The notes under the pieces: generated by a model | The model's database searches: none | What the model saw: the letters and a program-made list of their open reading frames with translations, nothing else | Told to the model about the DNA's origin: nothing | Program-made: the position numbers and the translations under genes | Part shown: positions 1 to 14,454 of the stretch, in pieces | How positions within the stretch are numbered: position 1 is the stretch's first letter | Layout: every line of letters starts with the position of its first letter | Source: Octopus vulgaris | Taxonomy: Eukaryota | Length of the DNA: 64,000 bases | Assembly (NCBI GenBank): GCA_951406725.2 | Contig: OX597817.1 | Span: forward strand, 11,284,001-11,348,000 | Reading direction: 5' to 3'

Positions 1-995
1 AAACTATTATTTCGGGGGAAATTTGGCTACTAATACTAAAAGGTCGCGCGACTGCATAGAGGTGTCAGATTTAAACTAAGATCATAAGTAATGACGATAG
101 TATTACTCTTAGGATTACATGATGAAGAAAGAAAAATGTAGTGTTTACAGACGTAGAATGCTTCAAATTTATATAAAAGTGGAGATAGGATTGACTGCAT
201 TTTATAACCCTCCCAAGTATATTAAAGAAGTAATTGAAGTAAAATGGCTCAACCGGAAATTGAAGCATAATTGTCGTTTAGATTCGCTAATCTGTAATTT
301 ATGACTGAAAAATATTTTTGTAAGTTTGCTAACACTGTTTGAATCCTTATTAAAAAGATATCTAGATAAACCAGTATGCCAGTTCAATTTTGAACAAATT
401 TGAGGTTTATCACACAAAATTATGATCACTACTATTGAAGTCATAAAAATTGTTATTACTAATAATTAATTCCTTGAGGTCTTCGCTAAATCTGACACAG
501 TAATTCTGTTAATTATACTGAACATAATCTATAAAATTTTATGCGTCCTGAAAGTTATTTCTTTCAAAATTCCTATTTCCCGATTTTATGTCTATTTTAT
601 ACTTTATTCTAAAAAAAAACACAAACAAACAAACAAACAAAATAGCCAAACACCCTTCCTGACGTCAGAACCTTCAAATACTTAGTGCTGCATTTAAATA
701 TGTAATGCTCTACACGAAAGCATGAGTGTCGAAACATCTCATTCTTTTCCCTGATATTCAAGCAAAATATTATGTTAGTGAATATTTCCAATAACTAGAA
801 TAAGAATAATAAGAATAAATGCCGATCGTTTATTCTCATATCAGCAACTACAACACCATAATATCAGGTATGGTATTGTGATGAAAATGCTCGCTTCAGA
901 ACCGTGTGGTTTCGGGTTCGACCCCATCGTGCAGCAACTTGGGTCATGAATACTTTGAGTAGAATCTAATGTACGCCAACTACTGCAGCCTATCA

Positions 996-1219
<224 letters not shown>

Positions 1220-1519
1220 CATAACACGTGTGTGAAACTGCGTTTATTCGAAACTTAATAAAAAAAAAATCAACCAAGGTATATATATATTACTACCAGT
1301 GATACCCGGCGTTGCCAGGTTACATTCATTTGAAGAATTAGATTTTTCTGTTATATTTTCTGTAATGAACTGGAATATCTATGTTTTGAATTTCATCAAA
1401 ATTGCAGATGAGGGTTATTTCCCTCTTTACACACCCTAAAAAATTGTAATCGTGCCACATGTATCCCTTACTACTAATTTTTATGCGCATATTTCAGAAT
1501 TCCAGTCTTATTGAACCTG

Positions 1520-3480
1520 TTAAAAAGATTTTGCTCCTAAAAAATGAAGGCCATGGAGCTCAATGCGTATATTGAGCTCAGTATCAGAGGATAGGTTGTA
1601 GGTGACGGTAGAGCCAAGATAGGTAAACTTCTCTAACTCCTGTAGTCTGTGGTCTCCAATATGTATGTTTGAGATGTCCGATGTAGCCTGACCCATGATG
1701 TTGGTCGCTACATGCTTGCTCAAAACAGTCGATGAGCCTTTGCAGGGCTTTTTCTGTGTGTGATACCAGATCGGCATCATCAGCAAATAGCACCTCCTTG
1801 AACAGGACGCTTCTGATTTTGGTCTTGGTACGTAGACGCGAGAGATTGAACAGTTTCCCGTCACGACTACTGTGCAGAAACACTCCATCATCTGATGTCT
1901 CAAAGGCATGTGACAGTAGCAGCGAGAAGATGCCAAATAATGTAGGAGCAAGGACACAACCTTGCTTTATCCCGTTTTTTATTTGGAAGGCGGCTGATGT
2001 TGAACCATTGTGCTGTATGGTGTCTTGCATATCATCATGGAAAGATTTGTTGATCCTCTGCTGATCCGATTTTTTGGAGCAGAATGAAGAGGCCTTTTCT
2101 ACTTACCAAGTCAACGGCCTTTGTCTGATCAGTGAAGGCCATATAGAATGGGATTTTTTGCTCTCTGGACTTCTCCTGAAGTTGGCGTATAGAGAATACC
2201 ATGTCAATAGTTGATCTGCTTCTTCTAAAGCCATACTGCGATTCTGGATAAATTCGAGAAGCAAGCAGTTGTAGCCTGGACAGGATAATGTGAGCAAAGG
2301 CCTTTCCAACAGTGCCAAGAAGAGATATTCCACGGTAATTGCTACAATCACCACGGTCACCTTTGTTTTTGTAAAGCGTAATGATGTTAGCATCCCGCAT
2401 ATCCTGAGGGACTGTACCCTCTTCCCAGCACTGACACAGAAGCTCATGAAGGTGCCAAAGCAGGATGGTGTTTTTGCCGGTTTTGATGATCTCTAAGGAG
2501 ATGTCGTCTTTTCACGGAGCCTTGTTACTTGTTAGGGAGTCAATAGCCTTGGTGAGCTCTGCTATAGATGGCAGACTGTCAAGTTTACATACGACTGGCA
2601 AGATCTTGACACCCTCGATTGCAACCTCAGCTACCGTGGTTCCCCGTGAGTACAGATCCTGGTAGCACTCCACCCATCTATCTATTTGCTTGCTTTGGTC
2701 CTTGATGAGACCTCCAGTAGTTGATTTCAAAGGGGCTGACTTGGTTGCGGATGGACCGAGAGCCTTCTTCAAACCGGCATACATCCCACGGGTGTCGCCA
2801 CTGTCAGCAGCTGATGGATACTCTGATAGAGATTTCATGCCAATACCTATTTGCACAGCATCTGGCAGTCAGTTGGGTTTTATTTCTGAGTTCTTCGAGT
2901 GATTTTGTAGAAGAATCACTCTTGTATTGCATCAGAGCTGCACGCTTTGTTTCGATAATTGTTTCCAGCTCTGAGAGCCCAGCATTGAACCAATCTGGGT
3001 TTTGCCTTTCTCTCATGCCGAAAGTATCTATTGATGTGGTATACAAAGCTTCCCTGATATAATTCCACCTACTTTCAACTGAGGAGGTTGGGCAGCTACT
3101 GAGGGCAACTTTGATAGAAACAGCAAAACATTGTCGCAGTGTAGGATCGGAGGTTCTGGCAGTGTTAATGCGTGGTCGGCCCATTTTCTTGGAATGATGG
3201 ACTTTTTTAGGCAGAATCGTCACCCTGCTTCTTATTAGGGAATGATCTGTGTCACAATCCGCGCTGTGATAACTACGGGTCAGTTGAACAGAATTCAGAA
3301 AGGATCTTCGTGTAATGATGAGATCCAGCTGATACCAGTGGTGAGATCTCTGATGTTTCCAAGATGCCTTGTGGGATATCTTGTAGGCAAAGAATGTGTT
3401 AGTGATGCACAGGTTATGGTATGTGCAAAATTCAAGTAGCCTCTGACCATTGTCATTCATGTTGCCAATACCAAAACACA
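1520..3480 (-). mobile_element. Decayed RTE-clade LINE (APE endonuclease C-terminus + reverse transcriptase), frameshifted and truncated
   Basis: ORF pieces: NDNGQRLLEFC..NTFF..HWYQLDLII..SADCDTDHSL (APE); DANIITLYKNKGDRGDCSNYRGISLL, ESQYGFR, QGCVLAPTLF, LFADD, FTYLGS (RT). Confidence 0.95.
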
Positions 3481-3545
3481 TACACTTACATATATACATA
3501 CATATATATACGATTGATTTGTTTCAGTTCCTGTTCCTACGAAAT

Positions 3546-3548
<3 letters not shown>

Positions 3549-3643
<95 letters not shown>

Positions 3644-3656
3644 ACACACACACACA
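3549..3656. repeat. (TA)n(TG)n(CA)n compound microsatellite
   Basis: Direct. Confidence 0.95.
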
Positions 3657-3727
3657 AAGATAAATTGATAGATACAACTGAATGGGCAAACAAAAATATG
3701 AGACACTGCGTAGTGCTTTTTTATATT

Positions 3728-4039
3728 TTGATAAGCCTGGTACTTATTCTATCAGTTTCTTCTTGTGAAACAAGTAAGTTATGGGGATGTAAATAAACGA
3801 ATGCCAGTTGTGAAGCAGTGATGAGGGAGAAACACAAAGACACACACATAGACTTACATATATTCATACAAATACATACAATTGATTTCTTTCAGTTTCT
3901 GTCTACAAAATCCACTGACAAGGCTTTGGTTGGTCTGAGGCTATAGCAGAAGACATGCCAAGTTACCACACAGTGGGACTGAACTGAGGACCATGTGTTT
4001 TGGAACCAAGTTTGTTACCACACAGCCACACCTGCACCT
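3728..4039 (-). mobile_element. SINE family A, diverged copy
   Basis: Matches the reverse complement of the 23233/42387 copies. Confidence 0.85.
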
Positions 4040-4230
4040 ATGTATGTGTGTGTGGGGTGGTGGTGGATCGGTGTGTGTGTATGTGTATATGGGTGTATAT
4101 ATGTATGCATGTATATATGTGTATATGTATGTGTACATATTACATGTACATCTCTCTATATATATACATCTAGTCATACATGTAGCATATACACCTATAC
4201 ATATACATGTATACATATACATGTATACAT

Positions 4231-4277
<47 letters not shown>

Positions 4278-4290
4278 CATATATATACAC

Positions 4291-4336
<46 letters not shown>

Positions 4337-5939
4337 GTATATATATATATACATCCATATACATACAATAGAGAGATGCTTTTGTTTCACTTTTAAAACG
4401 TAATACTGAAATAGTGTAGAAGATGTGGTATTGCTGTGGGCTCGCCCTAGGCAAGAAGTTAAACATTTTCCCCCCTGACACTACATGGACCCTAAATAAG
4501 GTATGTGTAAAATTTGAATGAAATTGGTTGTGTAGTTCTCAAGTTTTAGGGATTCACACAGACAGGCAGAGACAGACATTCTCAGTTTTATATATATAGA
4601 TAATTACGTATGATTTTTATCGACGTAATTGTCTTTTCTGGCAGCTGAAACACAAACGTATACACGCACGCACATACGCATTCACACACGCACACACACA
4701 CATATATATACACCGGTTTCTTTCATCCATAGACTGCAAAATTGTCTTGTCTGAAATGTACTTATGATATCGTGAAATATGGGGGAAAAAAATTCTCTCT
4801 ATTCCACACTTCTCGACAAATACAGATTTAAAATTAAACTTACGGAATAAAAACTATATCACTATAAATATTTATCAAATAAACCAAGTATGAATTTCTC
4901 TGCAAAATTTAAAATTCCTTTTACGAACCTAAATATAGAACCAAGTCAAAAATCAGTAGATATACAAAAAGAAAAGAAAAAGTCCTCAACTTTATTATAG
5001 AATTTATTGCATATTACTATGTATTAAACTACAGAAATATCTTTATGACTAGGTGTGCGTGATTGTACGTTTATTCGTTGTTCTATTAAAGAATTACGAA
5101 TAACGAAGGAAACAACCAAAATCAACAAGAAACAAATAGAAGCTATTAAAGTTATGTCTGTATTAATTGCAGCCGACATTTTTAGGCGAAACTTTGCACG
5201 GTGATGTATTTCTGTCTCATATTTCTATTTTAATACTTATTTCTCTTCTATACATCTATACAATTATTCTGAACTCAACAGATTGAGTCATGTTATAAAT
5301 ATCTAAATTCTGCTAGCTAGCTCACAACAAAAAAATTGTTACTATTATATAGAGTATTTTCAAATAAAAATCAACCTAAATATCAACCAATGATTTCGCT
5401 TTCTTTTACAAATTACAAATGAAAAGCTAGAGGTTTAATTTACGCTATGAATAAGATTATTAGACAAATATCAAAATATAAAATATTAAATATACTTTGG
5501 ATTTTCAATAGTTTTTTTTTTTAATATTTCATGTATAAGTTTTATTTTTCTTTGCCTCGTTGATGATAGACTATTCATACTACGTTAAGTTATTTGTGAA
5601 ATGCCCATTAATAATAAGGGAAAATATTGGAAGCCACACGTTATAGGATTTTATTTTTAGAGTTGTATCTAAGTATGTTTGTGCGTTTATGTACGCACGC
5701 GTTTGAGTCAATGAATATATGCGTGTGCTTGTTGCTTGCGTGACGCTATGTAGTTGCCCCACGTTTTGTGTAAGGTGAGCATTTGAATATAATACTGCGA
5801 CTAATAATAAAATGATGTATACATTTGAAGTGAAAGTTACTCAGTTCTAATCCACCCGTAATAGATAAAGACTAACCTATTTTATTCTCTAATCAACTCT
5901 TTTCATATGAATAATTTTGAACAGTATGTTTTGATGATA

Positions 5940-6321
5940 GGAGCACTCCGTCGGTTGCGACGATGAGGGTCCCAGCTGATACGATCAACGGAACAGCTTG
6001 CTCGTGAAATTAACGTGCAAGTGGCTGAGCATTCCACAGACACGTGAACCCTTAACGTAGTTCTCGGGGAGATTCAGCGTGACACAGATTGTGACAAGGC
6101 CGGCCCCTTGAAATACAGGTACAACAGAAACAGGAAGAAAGAGCGAGAGAAAGTTGTGGCGAAAGAGTACAGCAGGGTTCACCACCATCCCCTGCTGGAG
6201 CCTCGTGGAGCTTTAGGTGTTTTCGCTCAATAAACACTCACAATGCCCGGTCTGGGAATCGAAACCGCGATCCTCCGACCGCGAGTCCGCTGCCCTAACC
6301 ACTGGGCCATTGCGCCTCCAC
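5940..6321 (-). mobile_element. SINE family B (tRNA-derived, ~380 bp), full length
   Basis: A box TGGCCCAGTGG, B box GGTTTCGATTCC; 14-bp TSD ATGTTTTGATGATA (5926-5939, 6322-6335). Confidence 0.95.
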
Positions 6322-6656
6322 ATGTTTTGATGATAATAAAGCTATTTCATCCCTCTTTGCGAAAATTAAAATAAATGTTGGTTACTGATTTGGTAGTATA
6401 TTTTCGTTGCTTAGTTTTATATCATCTAAACGTTTTCCTCTAATAAATGATTGTAACTAACGAAGCATTGTACAACACGGTGTGAGTTTGATAGATCTAA
6501 TTAATCTCAATACTTGACTGGTTATTTCATCGACCCCTGAAATATTTAAAGATAATATAGACTCTAGGTGTATTTGGACTGAAAATAACGTAACTGAATA
6601 ACAAAAAGAATCTTCCTTGGTCGCCATCTAGATCCTCCTCTTCGCTGTATAAACTA

Positions 6657-6880
6657 CTCTCTTTTACTCTTTTACTCTTTTACTTGTTTCAGTCATTTGA
6701 CTGCGGCCATGCTGGAGCACCGCCTTTTTAATCGAGCAAATCGACCCCAGGACTTATTCTTTGTAAGCCCAGTACTTATTCTATCGGTCTCGTTTGCCGA
6801 ATCGCTAAGTGACGGGGACGTAAATACACCAGCATCGGTTGTCAAGCAATGCTAGGGAGACAAACACAGACACACAAACA

Positions 6881-6912
<32 letters not shown>

Positions 6913-7094
6913 CCACGGGCTTCTTTCAGTTTCCGTCTACCAAATCCACTCACAAGGCTTTGGCCGGCCCGAGGCTATAGTAGAAGACACTTGCCCAACA
7001 TGCCACGCAGTGGGACTGAACCCGGAACCATGTGGTTGGTAAGCAAGCTACTTACCACACAGTCACTCCTGTGCCTATAGCCACTCCTGCGCCT
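6657..7094 (-). mobile_element. SINE family A (tRNA-derived, internal TA/TG tract, (GTAAAAGA)n tail)
   Basis: A box TGGCTGTGTGG-like, B box GGTTCAGTCCC; many near-identical copies in the window. Confidence 0.95.
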
Positions 7095-7339
7095 ACTATT
7101 CAATAAGTATTTCTAGCAGATGCAGAAGACCAGAAATTTGGTTATACCAGTATCAGAAACTGACTGTTACTTCATTTTACTCGCCCTGGAAAGATAAAAA
7201 GCTAAGCTGACTAGATTTCGAAATGTTAGAAAAAATGACTCAAAGCAATTTGACAGGGATTCTAACAATTATGAAAATACAAATATCCATATTAATCTGG
7301 TCAAGAAAGTCTGTCGTCGTATTTTACGTTCTTAATTCA

Positions 7340-9490
7340 CCGTGTTACCACAACTTGTAATGGTTTTGGCAATTCGTTCGCAATATGTGCGGTAGTTTCG
7401 ACCACGCTAATACAGATGTGGCACAGTGAAGAGACTTGCTCATTTCTAAGATTGACCCTCCAATTTCTGACAAAAGCTTGGTCTTGCGCTCCCAGTATGG
7501 CAGTCTCGGTCTCTTTTCCTATTGCTCCTTTCTTCAGATAGTCCCACTTATGTTTTCCAGCAACTTCAGTTGTGGCTACATGAAATCGTTGCGTAATACT
7601 TCTTCATGTCCTTTTTGTACTTCTTGCTTTGTTTTTCCCCTTTTCTCTGCATTCAATACTCCCTTATTCCTAACTGACACTAGCAAGGTTTCCTTATTTT
7701 AGGATAGAAATGTCAGTAAACTCTCAAGTTTAATATGTACGCAGCCTGCCACACTTATCAGTCCCCTTCCTCTATCGGCTCTTTTCACGTATAGGCAGTC
7801 AGTATCTGCTCGTGGATGATGGGTCCCATGTATCGTTAAAATCTTTCTTATCTTCCTGTCCAACTCCTTTAGCTTCTCTGTCCACTTCAGAATTCCTGCG
7901 CCATACTGTACCACTGTAGCTTCACGCGAGTTTATTGCCGGAATTAAGTTTCTGGCATTAAGCTTTGAAACCAATATTTTTCTCACTCGCTGTAGGTACT
8001 CTTTCTTTGTCTTTTCCTTCATATCGTTGTGTTTAATTCCATCTGTCCCACTGGAAGCACTCCGTCGGTTACGACGACGAGGGTTCCGGTTGATCCGAAT
8101 CAACGGAACAGCCTGCTCGTGAAATTAACGTGTAAGTGGCTGAGCACTCCACAGACACGTGTACCCTTAACGTAGTTCTCGGAGATATTCAGCGTGACAC
8201 AGAGAGTGACAAGGCCGGCCCTTTGAAATACAGGTACAACAGAAACAGGAAGTAAGAGTGAGAGAAAGTTGTGGTGAAAGAGTACAGCAGGGATCACCAC
8301 CATCCCCTGCCGGAGCCTCGTGGGGCTTTTAGGTGTTTTCGCTCAATAAACACTCACAACGCCCGGTCTGGGAATCGAAACTTCAATCCTATGACCGCGA
8401 GTCCGCTGCCCTAACCACTGGGCCATTGCGCCTCCACAATCTGTCCCACGTATTGCCAGGCATTTATATCCGGATTCAGGTTCAATTACCTTCATCATTT
8501 ACCCCCTTGGCATACATACGCATTCTGTCCTATCAAGATTTCCTCGTCTCATCACCATCGTAGCACATTTTGAGAGTCCAATCTCCATCTTGAAATCACT
8601 CAAGAAAATCCGCGCAGACTGGACTAGGTTGTCCAGTTCTGCCTCACTCTTTATGAACAACTACACGTCATCTGTGAATAGCAGGTGTTTCAGTTTTACC
8701 GCTTCCCAGGTCATACCCCAATTTTGTCTTCTGTAGTATTTCACTCAAGGGGATCATTCCCAGCACAAAGATAATGGGGATACACTGACCCTCTGGAAGA
8801 TTCCTCTCTTTATTTTCATCTCTCTTAATACCTGATTCTCAGTTGTCATTTTAGTTATCCAACTTTTCATATTGTTCCATATAAGGCTTTTTTATGTTTT
8901 CTGCCACTCAATACATTTCCATGGTTCTTGTTATCCAGAAGTGTAGTATCACATTCTTTACTATAATCGTTCCGTACCATACTCAGGTTTGTGTTTTTTG
9001 CAGTTTCTGATAATTAGATTATCAATTAACAGCTGATCTTACGTTCTCCCACTCCTCTTTCTGTTCAATAGGTAGCACGTCACTTTTTACTAAGTGTTTA
9101 TACAGTTCACCAGCTAAAGCACCTGACAATAGCTTCCACATAAGCGGCAGACACATTATTGGTCATAAGTTGGATAAAATACTACCTATTTCAGCATCCT
9201 AGGCACGTAACAATGTCTTCCTCTTTGTTATCCAGCTGGGTACTGTGCCTCCCTGCAAGCCCTCATCTAGCTGTTGTGCTATCCTCTCATGGGGTCCCTC
9301 AAATTCTTCAGCCAATAAACTTGCACCCCACCCAGTCCTAAGCTTTTCAGATTTGGGCTTTTTCTTTATTGTTTTATCATTTCTCCAATTATCTTTATGT
9401 TGTCTTGGCTTTGCATATTTCTTAACTCATCTTGGACTTCAGGCAGCCAATCTGCTTCATCATTATGCTTTACAGGTTGACCTCAGATTA
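7340..9490 (-). mobile_element. Decayed R4/Dong-like (RLE-type) non-LTR retrotransposon, RT region, interrupted by SINE B
   Basis: Motifs CLPLMWKLLSG, IKRGIFQ, HLLFTDD, RVRKILVSKLNARNLIPAINS..LYVKRADRGRGLISV, KETETAILGAQDQA, LCHIC..ETTAHI. Confidence 0.85.
8052..8438 (-). mobile_element. SINE family B, full length
   Basis: Family match; TSD ATCTGTCCCAC (8041-8051, 8439-8449). Confidence 0.95.
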
Positions 9491-9514
9491 CAATAATAAT
9501 GAAAAAAAATAGTA

Positions 9515-9516
<2 letters not shown>

Positions 9517-9587
<71 letters not shown>
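9517..9587. repeat. (TTA)n tract, tail or target of the adjacent Dong-like element
   Basis: Direct. Confidence 0.95.
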
Positions 9588-9589
<2 letters not shown>

Positions 9590-10090
9590 TTTGCATAGCT
9601 TCTAACACTGGAGATGCACTACGGTGTCAGCTGTTCACTACGAGTGAACTAAGGTAACACCTCTTATTTTTCGAGCACCATCCAGAGTATTCGAGCGGTT
9701 CCAAGCAGTGCTGTTTTCTGGAAGTGGTCCGCCCTTATTGGAGCCCCTTTTTGTTCCATGCACTTCTCAAGACTTTTACTCACTTCTATCGACTTTTCTT
9801 TCTTCCTTATCGCATACCTTGTTGTCAGCACTCCATTACAACCACATTCATTTCTTTCGCCCACCTTCTTTCAGCAGTAGCTGGATGACGACTGGGCCCA
9901 CCCTACTCACCCGTGGGGGTACCCGCCGGGTGATGGGACTTCACAAGTTGTTCCAGCCTTTTTCACGTCGTCCTCATTTCTATTTTTATTTGACATTTCA
10001 GCACTTATGATGAGAGTTAATAAATTTTAGGTTGCACAGCCACCATTATCGTCTTTCCCGTGACACCATCACTGACAGAATTCCACCCTA
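9588..10090 (-). mobile_element. Internally deleted R4/Dong-like element (ORF N-terminus fused to C-terminus and 3' UTR)
   Basis: Minus strand reads GPSRHPATAERRWAKEMNVVVMEC, then within ~150 nt FQKTALLGTARILWMVLEK*, a short 3' UTR and (TAA)n. Confidence 0.7.
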
Positions 10091-10232
10091 GGACATATTT
10101 GCCTTTTGTCCTTTCGACGTTCAGAAAATAAGCACCTGTTGAGCACTGGGGTAGATATATTCGACATAACCCCTTCCCCGAAATTTCTGGCTTTGTGCTG
10201 AAATATGAACTATTATTAATATTAATAATACT

Positions 10233-10449
10233 AAAGTGAAGAGCTGGCAGAATCGTGATCATGCCGAGAAAATGCTTAGCGACATTTCGTCCGTCTCCGT
10301 GTTCTGAGTTCAAATTCCGCCGAATTCGACTTTGCTTTTCATCCTTTCGTGGTCGATAAAATAAGTACCAGTTGATCACTGGAGTCAATGTAATCGATTT
10401 ATCCCCCATTCAACCAGAAATTGTTGGCCTTCCGCCAAAATTTGAAACC
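10233..10449 (+). mobile_element. SINE family D (older relative of family C); a partial copy lies at ~10095-10210
   Basis: GAGCTGGCAGAATCG head, GAGTTCAAATTCC B box, GGCCTT..CCAAAATTTGAAAC end. Confidence 0.85.
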
Positions 10450-10451
10450 AT

Positions 10452-10594
<143 letters not shown>

Positions 10595-10817
10595 CTCGTG
10601 GTTTGATAAATACATAGTTTTCTTTTTTATATCAAAAATAATCTTGGGAAATATACATAAAATGGCCAGTCTCAAATGTCGTATGAGAAAGCCCAAGCAA
10701 GATCTCTATAGTTCAATTTTCTGGAATGTGCCTATGTCTATCCTTATAGGCAATTTATCAACGTCTTACAGAAGAGCCTGTGTACATTGCAGTTATAGCA
10801 ATTACAGGTAGGAGAAG

Positions 10818-10892
10818 AGAGACATACTTTAATTTGCATAAAGAGACATTCTTTAATTTGCATAATTAAAGAGATATTCTTTAATTTGCATA
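10818..10892. repeat. Three tandem ~24-bp units, each containing ATTTGCAT
   Basis: AGAGA(C/T)AT(A/T)CTTTAATTTGCATA x3. Confidence 0.85.
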
Positions 10893-12488
10893 TACTCGTA
10901 TTGTTAAAAAAAACATACAGCTGCTTCTTTGGATTTTATGCACAGTTCTTCACAATATCATATTAATTTTGTATTGTTATGTCGACTATTAAACGACTAC
11001 TATGATTTGTGAAATAGTATTTCTGAAAGAAGCTGAAATTATGTGAACAGGCGTAGGTAAAGCTCATAAGAGACAACTATGCAATACAGAAACACTTGAA
11101 GACTATATTAGTAGCCTTGTAGAAATAAATATTAATCTCAATAATCTATATCAATTTTCTATGACATTTGCTATGCTTAAATTAATTGCTGCCAAGTTGT
11201 ACATGCACAATTGTGAGCAGTTTTGAAGCTACATTAAGTCCCAACTTAGTCAGCCGATACTTGCCTGCCAGTATGACCTAGTAGTATGTACCATGTGTTT
11301 GTTATTTCTTTTAAGTGACTCTGTAGTCGCCAGCATAAATAAATTTCACGCGCTCTTTACCCAGGATTGGATAGCTAGAAGGAGAAATGGCTATAACAGT
11401 ACTCCTGTAGTGCTCGTTACAGTTAAATAAATCGGAGAAAGTTTATCAAGAAAAACAACACGCCGCCCATTCTGGTCATAGATTTAAAAATCATGACGTT
11501 ATGATCAGGAGACAAAGACCTTGATCACAAGGGTTACGCGCTTTCACATTCATGTCGTATATTAAGCTTTACACAATATTTGTCTTTATCACAACTTCCT
11601 ATAAACAACGGTAGATTATGCTTTTGAAAGTCAATAACTAAAAGGGTTAATAGAATCCCCATACATCATTCTACAAATAAAAGTTATTATATAAATGCAT
11701 TTTACCAATATACAAATATTCCTATGAAAGTTTTTACTGAGCAATATATCATAACACTTACTGCATCTTGGTGATGTAAGTATCAGATTATATTCTCTCA
11801 TTTTGTGTGAGGTTATTTACTGATTAGAAACCATGTTAAGTTTCTTGCAATTACAAGAGGTTTTTTTTTCTTTTGTTCTTCACTAACCCTTCCAAATGAG
11901 AGCAAATATGAGAATGAAAATTTTCATACGAGTATTCCAAAGTACGACATTGCTTTTCCTAATTTCGGCACTGATAGATGAAAGTAATCGACTTGACACC
12001 CCCTCTCTAAAAATTGCTGGCCTTGTGTTAAAATTAGAAAGAGTTAATATTAGTAGAAAAATTATGAGGAAGTGAATGATAATGATGATGATGATGGGAT
12101 GATGATAATGATGATGATGATGATGATGATGGTGGTGGTCGTGGTGGTGGTACTGGTGGTGATGATGATGAAGTTAAGATAATACTAGTTTTCCTAGAGT
12201 CCTATACTAATTATCGTACTCTCCTACCACGAAAGCCGATATGTGATAACAAGTTTCCCGTACTACGCTTGCATAAGTGTATTTTGTAAGTCGACATTAT
12301 GCATCGTCGGAAAGTGATATTCTGAATTATAGCAAAATAACGAATAAAATGGAGTAACGCATTTAAGAGATTCAATATGGCCAAAATGCAGTTCCTCTTT
12401 CTCCTTCTTTCTCTGTTAATCTCTCTCTCTCTCCCTCGCTTTTCCCGCATACTTGTGCGTATGTATAAATACATAAATACATACATGC

Positions 12489-12729
<241 letters not shown>

Positions 12730-13387
12730 TATATACACACGGTTTAGATACATGTGTCAGTGAATTCACATGCATATATGTGTGCATTCATGTATAGATA
12801 CATATATAAATTGTGTATATATATATATATATATGTGTGTTTTTATATGTATTTATATATGTGAGTATGAATAGACATCTATACACGCATACATACACAC
12901 GTATATACAAACATGTACACGTACATCAGAATATGTATGTGTGTGTTTGTGTGTGCATATGTATATGAGTATTTGGATGTATATGTGTATATATGTAAAC
13001 GTGTTCGTATGAAAATCTATATACAACTACACACATACAGAAGCGCAGATATATATATATACACTTATTCACTTGTGGATGTTAATGTTGATGCTGGTGG
13101 TTTTCGATGAAAACGAAACGTGACCCGGTTTCAATTTTGAGACGAAACCACTTCACCTTCGTTACCCTTAGAAAATAACATGAATGAAATAAATTCGCAC
13201 AAGAACATCTCCCTTCCCGCCATGGCACAAAGAATCTGGGTGGAACTAGTAAACTAATAATATATGTGTGTTTCTATGTGCACGTGTGTGTGTGTGTATG
13301 TTTGCATATGTGTTTACTTATACACATGCACATACATTCATGTATATGCATGTCTATAACTGTATATATATATATGTGTATATATAA

Positions 13388-13806
13388 GAGTGGCTGTGTT
13401 GTAGGAGGCGCAGGAGTGGCTCTGTGGTAAGTAGCTTGCTTACCAACCTCATGGTTCCGGGTTCAGTCCCGCTGCGTGGCACCTTGGGCAGGTGTCTTCT
13501 ACTATAACCCCGGGCCGACCAAAGCCTTGTGAGTGGATTTGGTAGACGGAAGCTGAAAGATGCCCGTCGTATATATGTATATATATATGTGTGTGTGTGT
13601 GTGTTTGTGTGTCTGTGTTTGTTCCTCCAACATCGCTTGACAACCGATGCTGGTGTGTTTACGTCCCCGTAAGCTAGCGGTTCAGCAAAAGAGACCGATA
13701 GAATAAGTACTAGCTTTACAAAGAATAAGTCCTGGGGTCGATTTGGTCGACTAAAGACGGTACTCCAGCATGGCCGCAGTCAAATGACTGAAACAAGTAA
13801 AGGAGT
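13388..13806 (+). mobile_element. SINE family A with partially duplicated head
   Basis: Family match. Confidence 0.93.
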
Positions 13807-14454
13807 ATATATGTATACATGTATGTATGTATGTACGTACGTATGTATGTATGTATGTATGTATGTATGTATGTATGTATGTATGTATGTATGTATGTAT
13901 GTATGTATGTATGTATGCATATGCAAGAATAATATGCATGCTTGTATGCATATCTTCGTTGATATGCCATGCCGACCATACATGTAAAGCATTGTGAAAC
14001 TTACACCAAAATATTTTGTGGAGTATCACTTGCAAAGCCGTGCCAGTGTCAAGTGCTACCAACTTTAGAGTAGTCACCGCATCTCTTACACACAGAACAA
14101 TGACCTTTTAATACTGTTTACTGTTTAAAAATCCCTCCAGAATAGCTAACTTACGAGCACGTTGAATTCCCTGGATCACAGTCTCCACAGTTTTCTTTGT
14201 TTGCTTTCTTTACCTCTTTTATGACTGATTCTGTTCGTTTGAACTAATAAAACGCATAACATTTGCATCTTATTGAATTCAATATGTCGCTTCATCTCCA
14301 CTCGCAATTTGCATTTAACTCCGAACTCTATCATTCTATTTTGCTCTATCGTCGTCGTTGTCGTCGTCGTTGTCGTCGTCGTCATCGTTATTGTTGTTGT
14401 CGTAGTTGTCATCACAGGTGGTGAGATTTAATTCAAAAACCGAGGGAGAAGACA

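Larger units (their letters stand above)
1293..4600 (-). mobile_element. Non-autonomous Helitron-like element hosting nested RTE, SINE and microsatellites
   Basis: Minus strand begins A|TCTATATATATAAAACTGAGAATGTCTGTC at 4600 and ends with hairpin CCTGGC-AAC-GCCGGG (1305-1319) followed by GTAG|T (CTAG with one change). That both ends belong to one element is inferred. Confidence 0.65.
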
